Positions 36,963-52,431 are shown, numbered from the whole stretch's first letter. The stretch is DNA of 63,893 bases, filler included, from Dimargaris cristalligena (GCA_003614675.1; 3 parts of 3 records of this genome joined end to end with filler, not necessarily neighbours in it), one strand, 5' to 3'. Notes: generated by a model from the sequence alone, not told the origin. Numbers and translations: made by a program.

Positions 36963-37682
36963 TCATTCATTGCTAGAGGGCCCTTCGGCACCTTGACTAG
37001 AACATTTCGTTTCTGATTGGTGTCTATCTAGGGAATCTCCACGACTAAATTTTTTACAACACCACATACACTGGAAGGGTTGTAAATTGGCGTGGTATCT
37101 ATATGCCGATCGCGATGAAACTTACGGGCGAATGATTTAGGGCATTGTGGACAGGTAAATGGTTTACCAAGACTATTCATATTCTCATATGAACGGCTGT
37201 TGTCGGGCACCTGTGGTTGTTGTACACTGGCAGTGTCCTGGTTCATTAGCTCCTGGGTGGAGGGGGACTGGGTCGCTGGCAAGGGGAGGCTTCCACTTCC
37301 CGAACCAGAACCACTGGCTTCGGCGCGGGGATACGAACCTATAGTTCCAAAGGATCCTTGGGTGGCCTGATCAATAGTGACCGATTGTTTATTGGCTTGG
37401 GTATATCCTACGCCCCCGTAGCTCGTGCGACCATGGGGAAGGGCATTGCGGTTGGCCAAATTGTTGTGGCCTAATTGTTCGATAAGCTCTAGCTGTTCAT
37501 CTGTCGACAGCCTGGAAATTGGGATTGTTGATTAGATTATCGGCTGCTTCGTCGAAGGTACTGTCAGGGCTACCGACATAAAGGAAGTCATCGATATCGT
37601 TGGGTCGATTGGCCTGTTCGGAGGCTCGGTTGACGGCGAGTGAGCCCAGGAAAAACAGAGAGACTGCTCCAATGAAACGCAT
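36963..37682 (-). pseudogene. Signal peptide plus two zinc fingers (C2H2 and C2HC); two frameshifts; about 239 aa when repaired
   Basis: MRFIGAVSLFFLGSLAVNRA...; frameshift near 37500-37535; then KPFTCPQCPKSFARKFHRDRHIDT; one missing base at 37094-37095; then HANLQPFQCMWCCKKFSRGDSLDRHQSETKC...NE*. Confidence 0.72.
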
Positions 37683-39670
37683 TTTTGTTGACGATAGACA
37701 ACCGGAGATGCAGTGCTTAACTAAACCACGTCAGGCAGATTTGGATTATTGTCTAATAACAATGATAATAAAAACCGATGCCCGAATAAACCGGTTGCAG
37801 GCGAAGATATAAGGGAATGGGGAATATAGTTATAGTGGAGTAGGTCAATGCGTATCCCAAACGTGGTGGATAATGTTTGGGGGTAGAGGGGCGGGGCTTG
37901 GCCTATTTGTATGGTTTTACAAGCAGGGCCCGTTCAACTGGTGACTTTGACTCATTCATTCGAGTATAGATGGCCATTGCCCTGCGGTTTGCGAATCGCC
38001 TCGTTTATTCTAAAATCAGCGAAGGGTACTTTGAAATACTCGCTATTGTGTGTATCAACATCTGGACGGGGCTACACAACGCAGCCATTTTCAAAGAGGG
38101 CCCAATGAATGGCAACCCCCCAATCGGGGCACTATATAGTATGGCTATCGTTAAAGGATAAACTATTCGCTAAAGAAATGCGCGTCATTTCTTCTCTTGA
38201 CCCTCCAAAGGCCTGTTGCCTATCGGTTTATACCTTCCTCCCGTTTACCAATGGCCGGATGGCTGTGTTACGAAGCCACAGTGGCATATGGCAGGTACAC
38301 ACGCCGGATTGCATTCACTCCTGTGACATCTTTGATTGCCCATTTAACAGGCTTGATTTTCTTTGGCACTTCGACTACCCTATCTTATAATTTATGTTGG
38401 ATACTAAGCTATTAAGACACTACATCATCCCTTCGAGCGAGCATTCTATTGTATTACATGGGATTCATTAGGTCTTTGTACTGGTCATTCCGGTCTATTT
38501 TCGACCGCGTTTTTTTTATTGGTAGTGGACTCTCTGTTGTTCTTCCATGGGCTGAACAGGTCTCTCTAGTACCACTACTTTGGGAGTACGGTGTAATGCA
38601 AGTATGTGGGCGAAGGTAAAGTTCCAATGACAACCACCGGGCATTGACGAATGTGCATGGGAGGGGGGAGGAAGATGGCCCTGCAGAATAGACAGTATAC
38701 ATACATTGGGCCAATTGTTGCCGGGGCGACGTGTAACCCTTAAGCAAAACAAAATAATCGGCAGCAAGAGGGACGGTTCGGAAATATGCGGAATAGCGGA
38801 TAAGTATCAACACAATAGCCGGTTAATGGCAACCAAAAAAATGCTCACCTGGGGGGAGAGAGTAGGTAGAATAGTATACTACTATAGCCCTGCTGTATAG
38901 TTAGAAAAAATGATAGACAAGAAATCAAAGTGCATTTGATATGCAGATAGTATTACAAATTTGACTGGCTTGTATGTTAACCAAACAGATTTAAAGTGGT
39001 ACTCTGTATCCATGGAGTTTGGCTGGTCGGGCCATACGGATGAGTACTGTACGGAGTTGGGCAGAAAATAGGATGGGAGTGCTTATGCGTGTAAGGCCCC
39101 GTAAGACCACTAGAAGTTCGAAAGTAGTTCCCCCTGGCTAGACTAGCGATATGTGCCAAATTCAGTACAGCTGTATTGGGTAGAATACGACAGGGTGCTG
39201 TAGAGCTTTGAATGCTATTCAAAGGGAATATGCCCTTCTAACGAATAGTACACCGTCTCATCAAACACTTAATTTGCTATACAGTTGGAATGAATCTCCC
39301 CCACCTTGTTCCTGCAGATGCCGACCCACAGGATCTCAATGGTGATTCAACAAGGCTCACCTAATATAATAATGATTCATATGCCATTGTTACTAAGGAC
39401 CTCCGTATTGTCCGAATCCCTTTCCCAGGACTATTTGATGGTGACAAACAACCTGGGTATCACCTCTCCTTCTCCGTATCTGTATAAATACACTAACAAG
39501 GCACCTCTCCTTGACATCCCAACTAGAACGCCCTCTCCTTTAGTATTCACTATACGCATCTACCATAGTGCATGTGACTTCCCTTATTAACAACTTTTAC
39601 TCACTACCAGGAGTCTCATTGATTGTTCCCGTTCCTATATTCTTTTAATCTTTGAAGTGATTTTAGACCA

Positions 39671-40820
39671 ATGGCTCACTCTGACGACACCAAGGACCAT
39701 TGGAAGCCTCAGCTATACCAACAGGAAGCCAGCTTCGTCCCTGCCTTGACCGAAAGCATTGTCTCTCGCCTCCAACCGCATCTGAACTCCGAGGTAACCC
39801 TTCTGGACTTAGGTTGCGGCGATGGTGTACTCACTCGCACCCTTCAGAGCCAGTGCGCCCGCGTGGTTGGGGTGGATATGAGTTCTGCCATGATCGAAGC
39901 GGCGCGAATCAATGGCTGCCAAGATGCTCGGGTTGCTGATGGTTCCAACCTTCGGGCCGCTCAGGTTGGCGATGGAGAATTCGACGTCGTCTTTTCCAAC
40001 GCGGGTATGTAATTATACCGGTATTTAAAAGCGCTACTGATGGGATGATGACATACCTGTTGTCCGCCAATCTATCAATAGCCAGCCCTTGCAAAAAAAA
40101 TGTGCTCATTAACACATTATATTTTTTGGGTAGGTTTACTAATATCTGGATCACCGATGTATCGTTTGCCAATGGGCATGGGCCCAATCCATAAAAAACA
40201 GCTTTGCATTGGATGAAAAGGGACCCCGGACAAGTCGTACGCGAGGTAAACCGCTCCCTAAGGCCATCCGGTATGTTCATCGGCGAAATGGGGGGGCACC
40301 TTAATGTGGCAGGTAAGTATGCATATCCAAATCCTGTTCAGTCACCGAGTTTGTCGTCGGGTATGGGGTTTTTTCCGGTTATGGCGGGCGACTAGTTGCC
40401 CAGATCGCACTTTATTAATCCAAATCTGGAGCATAACTTTTCGGTTTTGACCATTATCTGAGGACAGCCATTCACGCCACTCTCATCGATGTGGTCAACC
40501 GCCATGGCCAAGACGGTGAGGCATTATCCCCGTGGTTTTTCCCCACTGAGCAGGAGTACCGCACTCTCCTTGAACAGAACGGCTTCCAGGTTCAATACAT
40601 TGAGCTAGTCCCCCGTATAACTGCGCTACCTGGTGACGTACGCGGTTGGTTAAATACCTTTGCTGCCCCCTTTGTTGAGGGATTCGACACCCTCGAGGAA
40701 CGGGAAAAGATTCTCGACGAAGTTCAGGAGATTCTTCGACCTGTTACACAGCGTCCGGGGGGGCACTCAGTTATGTACACCCGCCTGCGCTTTGTGGCGC
40801 AAAAGACCTCCACAGCCTAG
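39671..40820 (+). CDS. Class I SAM-dependent methyltransferase (small-molecule, trans-aconitate-methyltransferase-like), 3 exons
   Basis: LLDLGCGDG, VVGVDMS, FDVVFSNA/ALHWMKRDP, GEMGGHLNVA, PWFFP, YTRLRFVA; introns 40005-40201 and 40313-40467; TATAAATA at 39483. Confidence 0.9.
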
Positions 40821-41925
40821 TCTTAATTGGAGTTGGCCCAGCCAGACCTGGCTGCTCAACTTATTACCGTAATAAAACATATATTGGTTCGGGATTATAA
40901 GGATTTTGGCCTAGATATAGTTTTAGTTCGTGGTTCTCTTCTTTATATTAAATCAGAGGTGCACCCTATAATACAGTAACAATTTGTATCCACAAAATAA
41001 ACATTTGCGGCATAACGTAGTTCCCCCGACAAACTGATGGAATTCCTAAGCATCAGCCAGTATAATGCCATTTCAAATATAGCATTGTATGATCGAAATA
41101 TATTAATTGAGATCTATAGCCCTCGACTGATACTAGTATATGGAAGAGTAAGCCGTATATAAAGTCGATGTTTTTACGAAAACATTGCCTGTTGGAGATT
41201 ATTATACAAAGGTTGGTTTGTCTGAGCTTGGCATTATATACCTAGTACCTATAGTTTCCCATCTCCCTGAATGCAACTACTAAGCTAGACTGTTGACTAT
41301 TAGAATGAGACAATCCCACCAACAACTTGTCGTATATAGGAGCCCCACTCCGGCCGAGGTGAAATGGTTTTCCAATACCAACGGAAATTGGTGGGGAAAA
41401 TAACTAGGGTACAGTGAACCCCGAAACCACGAATTGACCTGCTGCGTCCGGCCTGGGTCGCCGACTTTGCGGATACCAAAATACCATATACTAACTCAGT
41501 AGACCCGGCCAATATGGTCGAAGGTTACGAATAATAAGGTGTGGTGATGGTTAATGGGTCAGTATAAAACGGTTTCTGGGATAGAAACTAGGTCATCCGG
41601 AACTCGATCGTAATCTTTGGAACTACTCCCACTTGACTTGGGTCAGCCAACCCCGTGACTTACAAAGACTCCGCTTACAAACCAGTTGAAAGATCGCAAA
41701 GGGACTCGCTTATTCAAGCCATTCCGCAATCCCCCCCTGAGTAGATGGACAGATACCCGCTAGTTGCCCATCACAATACTCCATACTACTCGTTCCGTTC
41801 TTTCATTAGCATTCCTCGAACTCCGCCTTTTTACAATTTCGCGTTATCGACATTTACCCCTTTACCATTACTACTTCGTTTACCCCGTCTTCCAGCCCCT
41901 TCCACATACCATCCCAGCCTTCACG

Positions 41926-43887
<1,962 letters not shown>

Positions 43888-44329
43888 ACCAGGTCCCACT
43901 CAATGTATGTCGCTTGACCTTGACTACCATTAACCCAGTTGTTTACTTGAGGGGGGACGGCCAGTATTTTGACCATCCCCTCATCTACAATCCCGCTCTT
44001 TGCCTCTCTCTCTTTTTCGCAATTTTCTCTTACCCTCTCAAGTGTACTTTGGCGGAACTCCATTGCCGTTTTCCCGTTTTCGTTACCCCCCGTAATCTTT
44101 CAACTTGGTTGCAATAAACGGCGGGCATTACCCCTTATAATGATACCGACAGATGGACTGGAAAGTTGCAGTGGGCCACCTAACTGAAGCCCTGCTTGTT
44201 TTTTTTTATTACATGTACATGATAGTCCCGTTATGCTAATACTGATTCTGACTATATGGAGGCTCGCACATAATTTATATAATGAAGGGATAGGGATAGA
44301 GTCACTTTCCACTCGATCGATACGGTTCA

Positions 44330-46292
44330 CTACTCGGCTGGTGGTTGATAATAGCGGTTACCAAAGGCATGCTCTTTAAGATAGGCCGGCCCATATTCTT
44401 CGTACTCGGCCTTGGTGATGGCGTACTGATTCCATAGGTTAGAGTCAACGGTACTCGCCCAACGGGCCGCCCCACGCCATGCGTCGTTAATGGGGTCGCG
44501 GGCTCGATGGACATTCAGTGCGCTTCCGACAGGTAGAATACTCCGCATAGAGGTTTGTAAGCGGTGTTGGAGATTGGGGATTAAACTGGGACCACCAGTC
44601 AGGAAAATATTCTACCGGATTTTAACCCAATAATAAACAAGGAAATAGCAAGAATAGGTTAGGTTTGGGTTTGGAGAGTATAGTATACAAGATAGAGGAT
44701 AAGTGAGTAGGATAACCATAACACTAAAACTATATTAGCGGCAGTAGGAGAATAAAAGTATCGCATCCAAGTTAAACAGAAAATGACCTACCTTGCTGAT
44801 ACTGGTACGCTGGGCGGCATTCAGCTGCTTCAAAATACCGTCAATCACTTCAAGCAACCCGGCCTGCTCCACTCCCACCATCGAGGGTTGGAACAGCGCC
44901 TCGGGGACCTTGATCCGTTCTACATTGAGGTGGATTTGGTAAAGCTGCTCCGTTTCTTCGGGCGTTTCGGGTGGGGGGATAACACTAGTACCGCGGCTGA
45001 ACTTGTAGAGGACGGAATTGCGAATGGTCTCTTGTTCGGTTTGGAGTAAGTCGGCCAGGTAAGTGGGTGCGTATTGATTCAGTTTCTCTTCGTATTGGAT
45101 CAGTAGAAGCTGGTCGTTTTCCTCCTCCTCTTCTTCGTCGGACCCATCTTCCTTGCTAATCTCCCGGTACACGGCCCAGTCGTTATCATCCGCCCCGAAA
45201 GTATCGTCCGAGGGCCCGCCACCGCGACCACCCACCCGACGCCGGCGAGCACCACCACCCGCCGCCGCGGCCGCACCGCTACTTGCTGCGCCCGTCTCAT
45301 TCGATACCATGGATTCGGACGGGGACATCCCGGGAGGTACCATACCCGAACCCCCCCCCGCCACCACTATTGTCGTTGGAGGCCAGTGCCGAGATGGATT
45401 TCATACGCATCTGGGAGATGTGGCTCCGTCGGTCGGCCAGCTGCTGTTTGAGTTGCTCCCGTTTAGTCATTTTATCGATGAGTTCGATGCGCTTGCGCTT
45501 GAGCTCCTCGAGCCAACCTTCAAGGTCGTTGGTTCGGCGATCCACCTCCTGCTGCTCCTGTTCTTCCTTGCGCAGCCGCTCCTCTTCCTTGACCCGCCGG
45601 GCTCGCTCCCGGGCGTCGTAGCCTGCCTTTAGGAGGCGCTGCTTCCGCTTTTCTTTGCGCTCCACCTCGCTGAGTTGGTCATCCGGTATTTCGACTAACG
45701 GGAAACTGGGGGGGCCCTCCTCGGCCTTTTCGACGCCCAGGTCCTTATTGCGGGCCCGCTCGATGAGTTGTTCGAGCTTTTTGATTTGCTGGTCCATTTC
45801 GTTTTCACTGCGGAATCCTAGGGCGCGGATCTGCTCCGTATAAGCACTTTTACTTTCCGTCTCTTTACCCTCCTTGACCCGCTGGTAGGACTCCAAGTCC
45901 TGCTCGTTCTTAATCAATTTATCCAAGCGGTTCTTGGCGGCAATTTCCTGCATGCGGCGCATCTGTTCACGCCGCTTCTCGGTCAGCCGGGCCAGTTCCT
46001 CCTCGGATTTTTCCTCGGGTATATCAAGGGTGAACGGGAACTGGATGACATGATCCTCGCGGGCCAAAAACTCCGGATCGCGGTAGTGAACCAGCTCGGT
46101 GCGGTAATCGGTAGCGAAGTAAGTGTGGTGGTGCACCATGTACTGGGCCTGGTAGGGGGAAATCTTGGTCGGTAGCGTGGGGTACTTGAGCTGCAGCAGC
46201 TTGAGCAGCGTATCGGCACAGGCCTGGCCGCTAAAGTCCAGGCGTTTGCCCAAATCGAAGCGGGTCTGGCCCCCCAGGATAGGGAGCGCCCG
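44330..46292 (-). CDS. ARP5: Actin-related protein 5 (INO80 complex); 5' truncated; apparent 1-nt frameshift in the C9 run 45351-45359
   Basis: LLQLKYP, KEKRKQRLLKAGYDARER, LADRRSHISQMRMKSISALA, DDTFGADDNDWAVY, LNVERIKVPEALFQPSMVG, DAWRGAA, ITKAEYEEYG; intron 44612-44791. Confidence 0.92.
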
Positions 46293-46392
46293 NNNNNNNN
46301 NNNNNNNNNNNNNNNNNNNNNNNNNNNNNNNNNNNNTTAATTAATTAANNNNNNNNNNNNNNNNNNNNNNNNNNNNNNNNNNNNNNNNNNNN
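46293..46392. other. Artificial scaffold spacer N44-TTAATTAATTAA-N44
   Basis: Same 100-bp linker as at 23099; ARP5 and UreD are both cut at it. Confidence 0.95.
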
Positions 46393-47115
46393 CAACAGCA
46401 AAGTGCCCCCTAGGTAAATTGTGTTGGTGGAATTGTACAGATCAAACTGCCAAGACTCCCCGCAACTATGGCGTCCGCTAGTCATCCAGTCCAAAAGGAC
46501 CAGCCCGGACGTGGCGTCCTGAAGCTCGATGCGCTGGTTCTGTAAATAGCGGGATTCTTTAAAGCAGGTGACGGGACTGGGTAAACACACTAAACACCCG
46601 CCCGGTGCCACAGTGGCGGTCAGCTGGTTAAGGGAATACTCCGCTAGGGGTGTGGGCGGGGAATAACCGTATCCGCCAACGGTGCTAGTACGCGTGTCCT
46701 TAGAAGAGTCCGCCCCTCCCTTGGAAGCAGGCGCCGGTAGGACCGATAGTTCAGGGGGCACTTCGGGTTGGAGGGCCTCGCCGTCACGGTTACGAAACAC
46801 CTTGGTTGAGCCCTGGGTAAGCAAGGTGAGTACGGCGCCGGGGTCCACTTGAACGGAGAGGTTAATACGATCCCCGTGGACGATGCCACCGCCGTAGGTG
46901 AGAATATAAACGGCTGCGGCGGCGCTGGACGCTATAGTCTTAGGGTGGGATTTCTGCCCCGGAACGGCAGTGCTGGGGGCAGTAACTGGGTGGTGGTGAA
47001 CCCTGGGGGCAACCAGCTTTAGAGGGTATTTGCCGGAGCATTGGAAGAGGGTGGGTTGGCCAGCAACTAGGCCACAGTGAATGTGTCCCTGCCCGGGTTC
47101 TTGGAGTGGAATCAT
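46393..47115 (-). CDS. ureD: Urease accessory protein UreD, 3' truncated
   Basis: KYPLKLVAP, VYILTYGGGIVHGDRI, LLTQGSTKVF, LPSPVTCFKESRYLQ, LLDWMTSGR, GESWQF. Confidence 0.92.
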
Positions 47116-48267
47116 CGTGATTGAGAAATAGGGGGATATAAAGGGAACAGGAAAGTCGGCAAAAAGAGGGAAGGGGTAATACGTTCTAGGAATAAACGGA
47201 GAGGAAAGAGGTATGGCAAAGCAAAGCGAAACTGATTCCAAAAAAAGCAGTAACGATGTGAAACAAAGACCAAAGGCTGGTTGCAGTTAGAGGCTGGTCT
47301 GCAGGTGGAGTAGGCAGCAGTGGCGTATGATGCTCGTAAACAGGGGGGCCGTTATAAAATAGTATACATTAAATTAAACAGCGGGTGGCAAAATATAATA
47401 ATGGCACGGTCAAGTTACCAGCTGTCTAAATTCGAGTTTTATGGCAATGTTTGCATTGCATACATCTAGGTTCAGAGTACCAAGTAAGCTGCTGTTAAAA
47501 TATCGGACAAAGAAGGCAGTCACGGGTGTGGCTGGGGGGAACTAAATGATAAAAAGGGATAGAGAGGGACAGGGGAGACATAAGAGGCAGTAGAACGAGA
47601 CAAGATTGAAAATTGAGAGAATGGGGAGGGCGACCCTCGGGGTATATATGTCCAAAATGAAACCTGCCCGGAGGGGGGGTGGGGCTGGCTGTGTCCCAGA
47701 GAAAATGGAATACCAAAAGGTATGTGGGGTTTTGGGAACCGATCACTGTGGGCGGGATAAACAAGGTTTCATGATGTCACTTTATTCGCAACTTACCCTC
47801 ATCTACGAACGAAATTAGCAGGGTCTGGCACTTGATTGGTGTAATCATATTTGGCTAACGATTGGTTATGTTCACCCAAGACCACCACAGGGCTGCTTTC
47901 GTAGTCAACAACGTGAAATGCAACTACGCCAAAACAAGTGCAAATGGGTGGGATGAGGTGAACTGGATACAGTTGAATCAGCTTGTAGAGGAGATGGTTG
48001 TAAATAGGCGGACAGTCTTAAAAGTCTAGCGGCTTTAAAGCACATACGGAAAGAGATTCAGGGCCGGGGTGCCAATAATACAGATTATGCGGACAAATGT
48101 CGTCCCAATTACCCAGGGAAGTATTACCTGTCCAATAAATTCACCAGAAACAAACTAATGACAGGGCTACAGAGTTAGGATGGGTAAGTTTCGGTACATT
48201 GAAGTTCCAGGAGAGGGGGTGCAGGGTTGCAAGGATGTAAAGACAGGAAGGTATAGCAGCAGTCTTA

Positions 48268-48413
48268 GTAAGGGTGAAATCTGACGCGACTGTATAAATA
48301 AATTTAAGATCGTATGCCAATGGAAAATGTCGACAAATTTGCTATTAACCAGTAGTGTCCTATTTTCTCAAACGAACATTATGTTTTACAGCTGGATAGA
48401 ACCATTCACATAT
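48268..48413 (+). mobile_element. Diverged 146-bp copy of the MITE-like family
   Basis: GGGTGAAATCTGACGCGACTGTATA...TTAACCAGT...TTTTACAGCTGGATAGAACCATTCACATAT is colinear with copy A; termini degraded. Confidence 0.6.
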
Positions 48414-49813
48414 CCTCGTCAAGCGAGTGGAGAGTCTGAGGGGATCATTTTTTGATGATCAATGCCATGATTAGGGTAGTATTGTGATTAGAGGAAACTC
48501 TAAACTTATACGCCCCTAATCCACAGTTGAGTCTTCGCCAAAAGAACGCAGATGTGCTAATGCAGCAGGGGGGTATACTATTTACATTTTGGTTCGTTGA
48601 TGATGAGGGTGAATGAGTGGCAATTGGTCCCAGTGAGCAATCCTCACGATTTGCCCTTGTACGGGACAGTGGGCAAAAAGCGGTACCGCATAATTGAGGG
48701 ATACTACTACTATTCGTGGCAATTGATAATGTTTCCTGGTTGCGCCGTAGCAAAGGTGTGGAACAGGTGAAGGAGCAATGAAGGAGTGCCTACCAATGTA
48801 CTGGGGAAACAATACCGGAGAGGGAGCCTTGTCAATTAAAGGTGGACAATAGACCGCTATACTAAATTGATTCTAATAAAAGGAGACAACAGGCAATATT
48901 GAACGGAGTGCAAAATGATAAACGGTTAGGATTTCTTTACCCAATTAAAAACGAAATGGTGCATAAGTCCAAGAGAGGGAGCGGGAGGACAGGGTTATAT
49001 ATATACGCAATTAGTAGCAATCGATAAGGCAACCGATGATATCCACCCCCCGATGGAGTAGTGATAAGTGGAGAGGGGCATTTAAGGAAAGGCCTTTGCT
49101 CAGCCTACATAGTAAATACTCTGGCATCACATCATCCATCAATGCATATAGTAAAGGGTTCTTGGTAGGAGAGAGAGAGCCACCGACAGGCCCTGTAACA
49201 AGGAGCATTAGGACAAGCTGATTGGGTAAGAGTAATCAACCGCGCATATATTATTATATTACTATTATTATTACTATTACTAGCCGTGACTGAATTATAT
49301 ATTGTATGCGCATACATTATAATCCTCCCACCACTCACCATTGCGCATTTAAATGGGGTGATTCCGGTGTATCGGCGTTCTATAGGTTTATTCGCCTTGT
49401 TGGCGCCGCCGCTATTTACAAAAGGCACGAGGCATAATAAATAATATGGGAAAAGGCGGTGGTAGCGCTACTACTTACTTATCTATCCCAGGCCTGGTTA
49501 ATAGGGAATAAGATAGTAAGTAGTAAATATAGGACAGCACAGCATATGCCTCCTTTCCCCAACCGCAGGCCCACACTCTACTCCCTTCCTTGCCCTTCTT
49601 TCTTATTCAGTCCTATTACTTAAGCGCCCCTTTATCCCCTACAATCTCCTCTCCCCAGCTAGTGTTTAACTACCCTTCCTTTTGAATGCGTCACCTCAGT
49701 TTCCCCTGCCAGAGGCCCCTAATTCAACCAACTTTTAATTCTTTTTTCCCCCCCGCATTCGGTGCTTTTGGTTACCAAGCCTGACAGTTGCGTTCCATCC
49801 TCGAACTCTCACC

Positions 49814-51139
49814 ATGATTCACATCCTCATACACTTGTACCAGCGGGCCTTCGCCTACAGCCCGTGGCTGGCTTACACAACCGCAACCCTACTCGCCCTA
49901 CTCGTGCTGGCCCGCCTCTCGAATGTGTTCAACTTCTACGTGCGCCATTTGACCTTTGTGGTCTGCATCTCCGTGGCCAGTTTCATCGGGCTGGTTTCGT
50001 CCTTGGTCCTGGTGCCCATGGGCCGGAACAGCTCCATGAATTGGGTCGTGGCCCGTACCTTCATGTACGCAGCGCGGCTCGGTCTGGGCATCCGAACCGA
50101 AATCATCAACCCGGAGAACCTAACTGCCTCCATCCCCTGCATTTATGTGGCCAACCACCAGAGCTCGCTAGACTTGGTGGGCATCGGTGCCGTATTCCCC
50201 GAAAATTGTGCCATTACCGCCAAGCGGTCGCTGAAGTACACGCCACTCCTGGGCCAATTCAGTAAGTTATAATCTAGGTTACCCGGTGCTTTCCCCCTCA
50301 TTTATAGGTGATAGTCCACTGGCGCCAGTGATGGCCATTTACTGGGGAAACATAGCAATTCATTAAGTGTTTAATCCGCTTGCTAAACCACAAAGATATG
50401 GCAAGTGCCCCCCCCCCCCCATATGGCACCAAAACCTTCTATTATGTCTCTACTCCCTAACCGCTGGCCTAACCGAACATTCATTCTGGCTTGCTTATTT
50501 TGGATACTTTTTTTATTACCTAGTGACCTTGGCCAACAATATCTTTATTGACCGGGGCAACCGCGATGAGGCCGTCAAAATCTTCCAAGACGCGGTCAAG
50601 ACCATCCACAAGAAACAGGTACGTACCCTCCGGCTGTTTCGTGCCTTTAGGTGCTAATTTAATCTCCCGCAACAACATAGGTTTTTTTTAATGGGCCCGG
50701 GTGATGTAATCCCGGGTAAGATTTGCTTTACCCGACCAACCTATACCGCCTAATTGACTTTACTGACACTATTGCTTAGTTATGCCTTGCTTACTTTCCC
50801 CGGTCCATTGAAACGGAACAGCTGAGTGTGTTCATCTTCCCCGAAGGAACCCGTGGACGGCTCCAGAACGCATCCCTGCTACCATTTAAAAAGGGGGCCT
50901 TTCACATGGCAGTGCAGGCCGGGATTCCGATTGTGCCAATTGTATTCTCTGACTTCCATAGCTTCTACTGCAAACAGGAGCTGCGCTACGAGAACGGGTT
51001 GATCAAAATCCAGGTCCTACCGCCCATCTCCACCGAGGGAAAGACCGCCGACGATGTCGAAAAGCTGGCCATCGACACGCGCGAGGTTATGATCCAGGCT
51101 CTTGGTAAAATCTCGGATAGTAGTAAAAAGCACGACTAA
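49814..51139 (+). CDS. SLC1: 1-acyl-sn-glycerol-3-phosphate acyltransferase, 3 exons
   Basis: NHQSSLD, AKRSLKYTP, FIDRGNR, FPEGTR, LLPFKKGAFHMAVQA; introns 50262-50523 and 50619-50821. Confidence 0.93.
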
Positions 51140-51227
51140 AGGGGGCGGAATGGATTTGGCGTTCTTAGAGTATTTTATAAATATTGGTTTAGCTATTGTA
51201 GAGAACTATTAGTAGTGGTGCATGTGC

Positions 51228-51458
51228 ATATGGGTGAAATTCGGCCCAGCTATATAAGGGTTTGCATTATACGTGTATGGGAGAATATATGGGAAATGTA
51301 TTTTTAACTAGTAATATTGGCCGAATCTAATGGATTTTTCGTTATACATAATACGTGTATGGGCGAATATATGTGATAATAGCTTTTAACCAGTAATATA
51401 TTTTCCCATACCTGTACCATTCAAAATCTTATAGAGCTACACTGAATTCCACCCATAT
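51228..51458. mobile_element. Rearranged 231-bp MITE-like copy with a left-type terminus at both ends
   Basis: First ~120 bp almost identical to 36049 onward; then an internal duplication and an inverted left end (CTGAATTCCACCCATAT). Confidence 0.72.
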
Positions 51459-52431
51459 GAAGATTGCGGCTCTAACTATCCGCAGCCAGCGTCATATATA
51501 TTGGGTAATAGGGAGGAGAGGGGGATGTCAGTCAGGAATCAACAAACAAAGGAGTGGAAATTGGGGGAGGCGATTCATTCAACAATCATTATTGGGTCTG
51601 TGCAGCGTATGAAAATCTAGAAAGTGATTGGGGTGGGGGGCTTATTCACGGGTTAAGTTGGCGAATAGCAAGCAGCTCAGCCTGTGGTACCTTGCTGCTG
51701 CTGCTGCTGGGGAACTTCACATGCTGGAGAAGTGACCCGCAGTGGAGGAAGGGTTGAAGATTTAGGCTGGACACGTGGCGTACTATATATATAACCCCTT
51801 GGAAAAAGACAACCCCATTCTCGCTTTTGTATTTCTCCTCTGTAAGCCCTTCTACCAAGGAGGTATAGGTATAGGAATGCAGCTTAGGCTGAGGCTGCTT
51901 TGGGAGAGCTATACAACTAGCATTAGCATTAGCTATAGTTAATTAATCAGTTAGTTAGTTAGTCACCACAGGAGGCGCTGGCCCTTCTCATTCGCATTAT
52001 CGGCCATTCCGCACTCCATGGTGGCGGGCAGAGCCGATCCACTCAGTATGGAATAATGATGGATGGGGAGGAAGTCATTCCGGCTCATTAAATGTATGCA
52101 TGCATGTATAGTGACCACTGCCGAGGCATGTGGCGTTACACCGCCCTTCCCCCCATTTCCCGGCCCCGATAGTTAAGGTGACCCATTCATTTTTTTTCAG
52201 CCTAGTTTTCCCGACTTTTCCTACCCACCCTTTACTACTATTTACTAGTGCTACTGCTTCCCTTCCCCTCTTCCTTTAGCTTGCCTCTCGCCCCGCATTC
52301 CGCTTGGTGTTCTGTTCCTCTCCTCTAACCCATACCATACCCTTCCACCCGAACTCTCTTCGTTCGCGGACTATTTGCCCTCCCTCTCCCCACTTTGGAC
52401 CATCTGTCCGCCCTCCTTATTATACTTCACC

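Noticed and set aside
37497-37499. TGA as selenocysteine or readthrough in the zinc-finger gene
   Set aside because: Reading through stays in a frame that soon hits TAA and never reaches the fingers; a frameshift is required.
40044-40160. Possible intronic C/D snoRNA (GATGATGA)
   Set aside because: No downstream CTGA D box or terminal stem.
45351-45359. ARP5 frameshift as programmed recoding or pseudogene
   Set aside because: It lies in a 9-nt homopolymer within a Gly-rich linker of a conserved gene; a consensus error is the simplest explanation.
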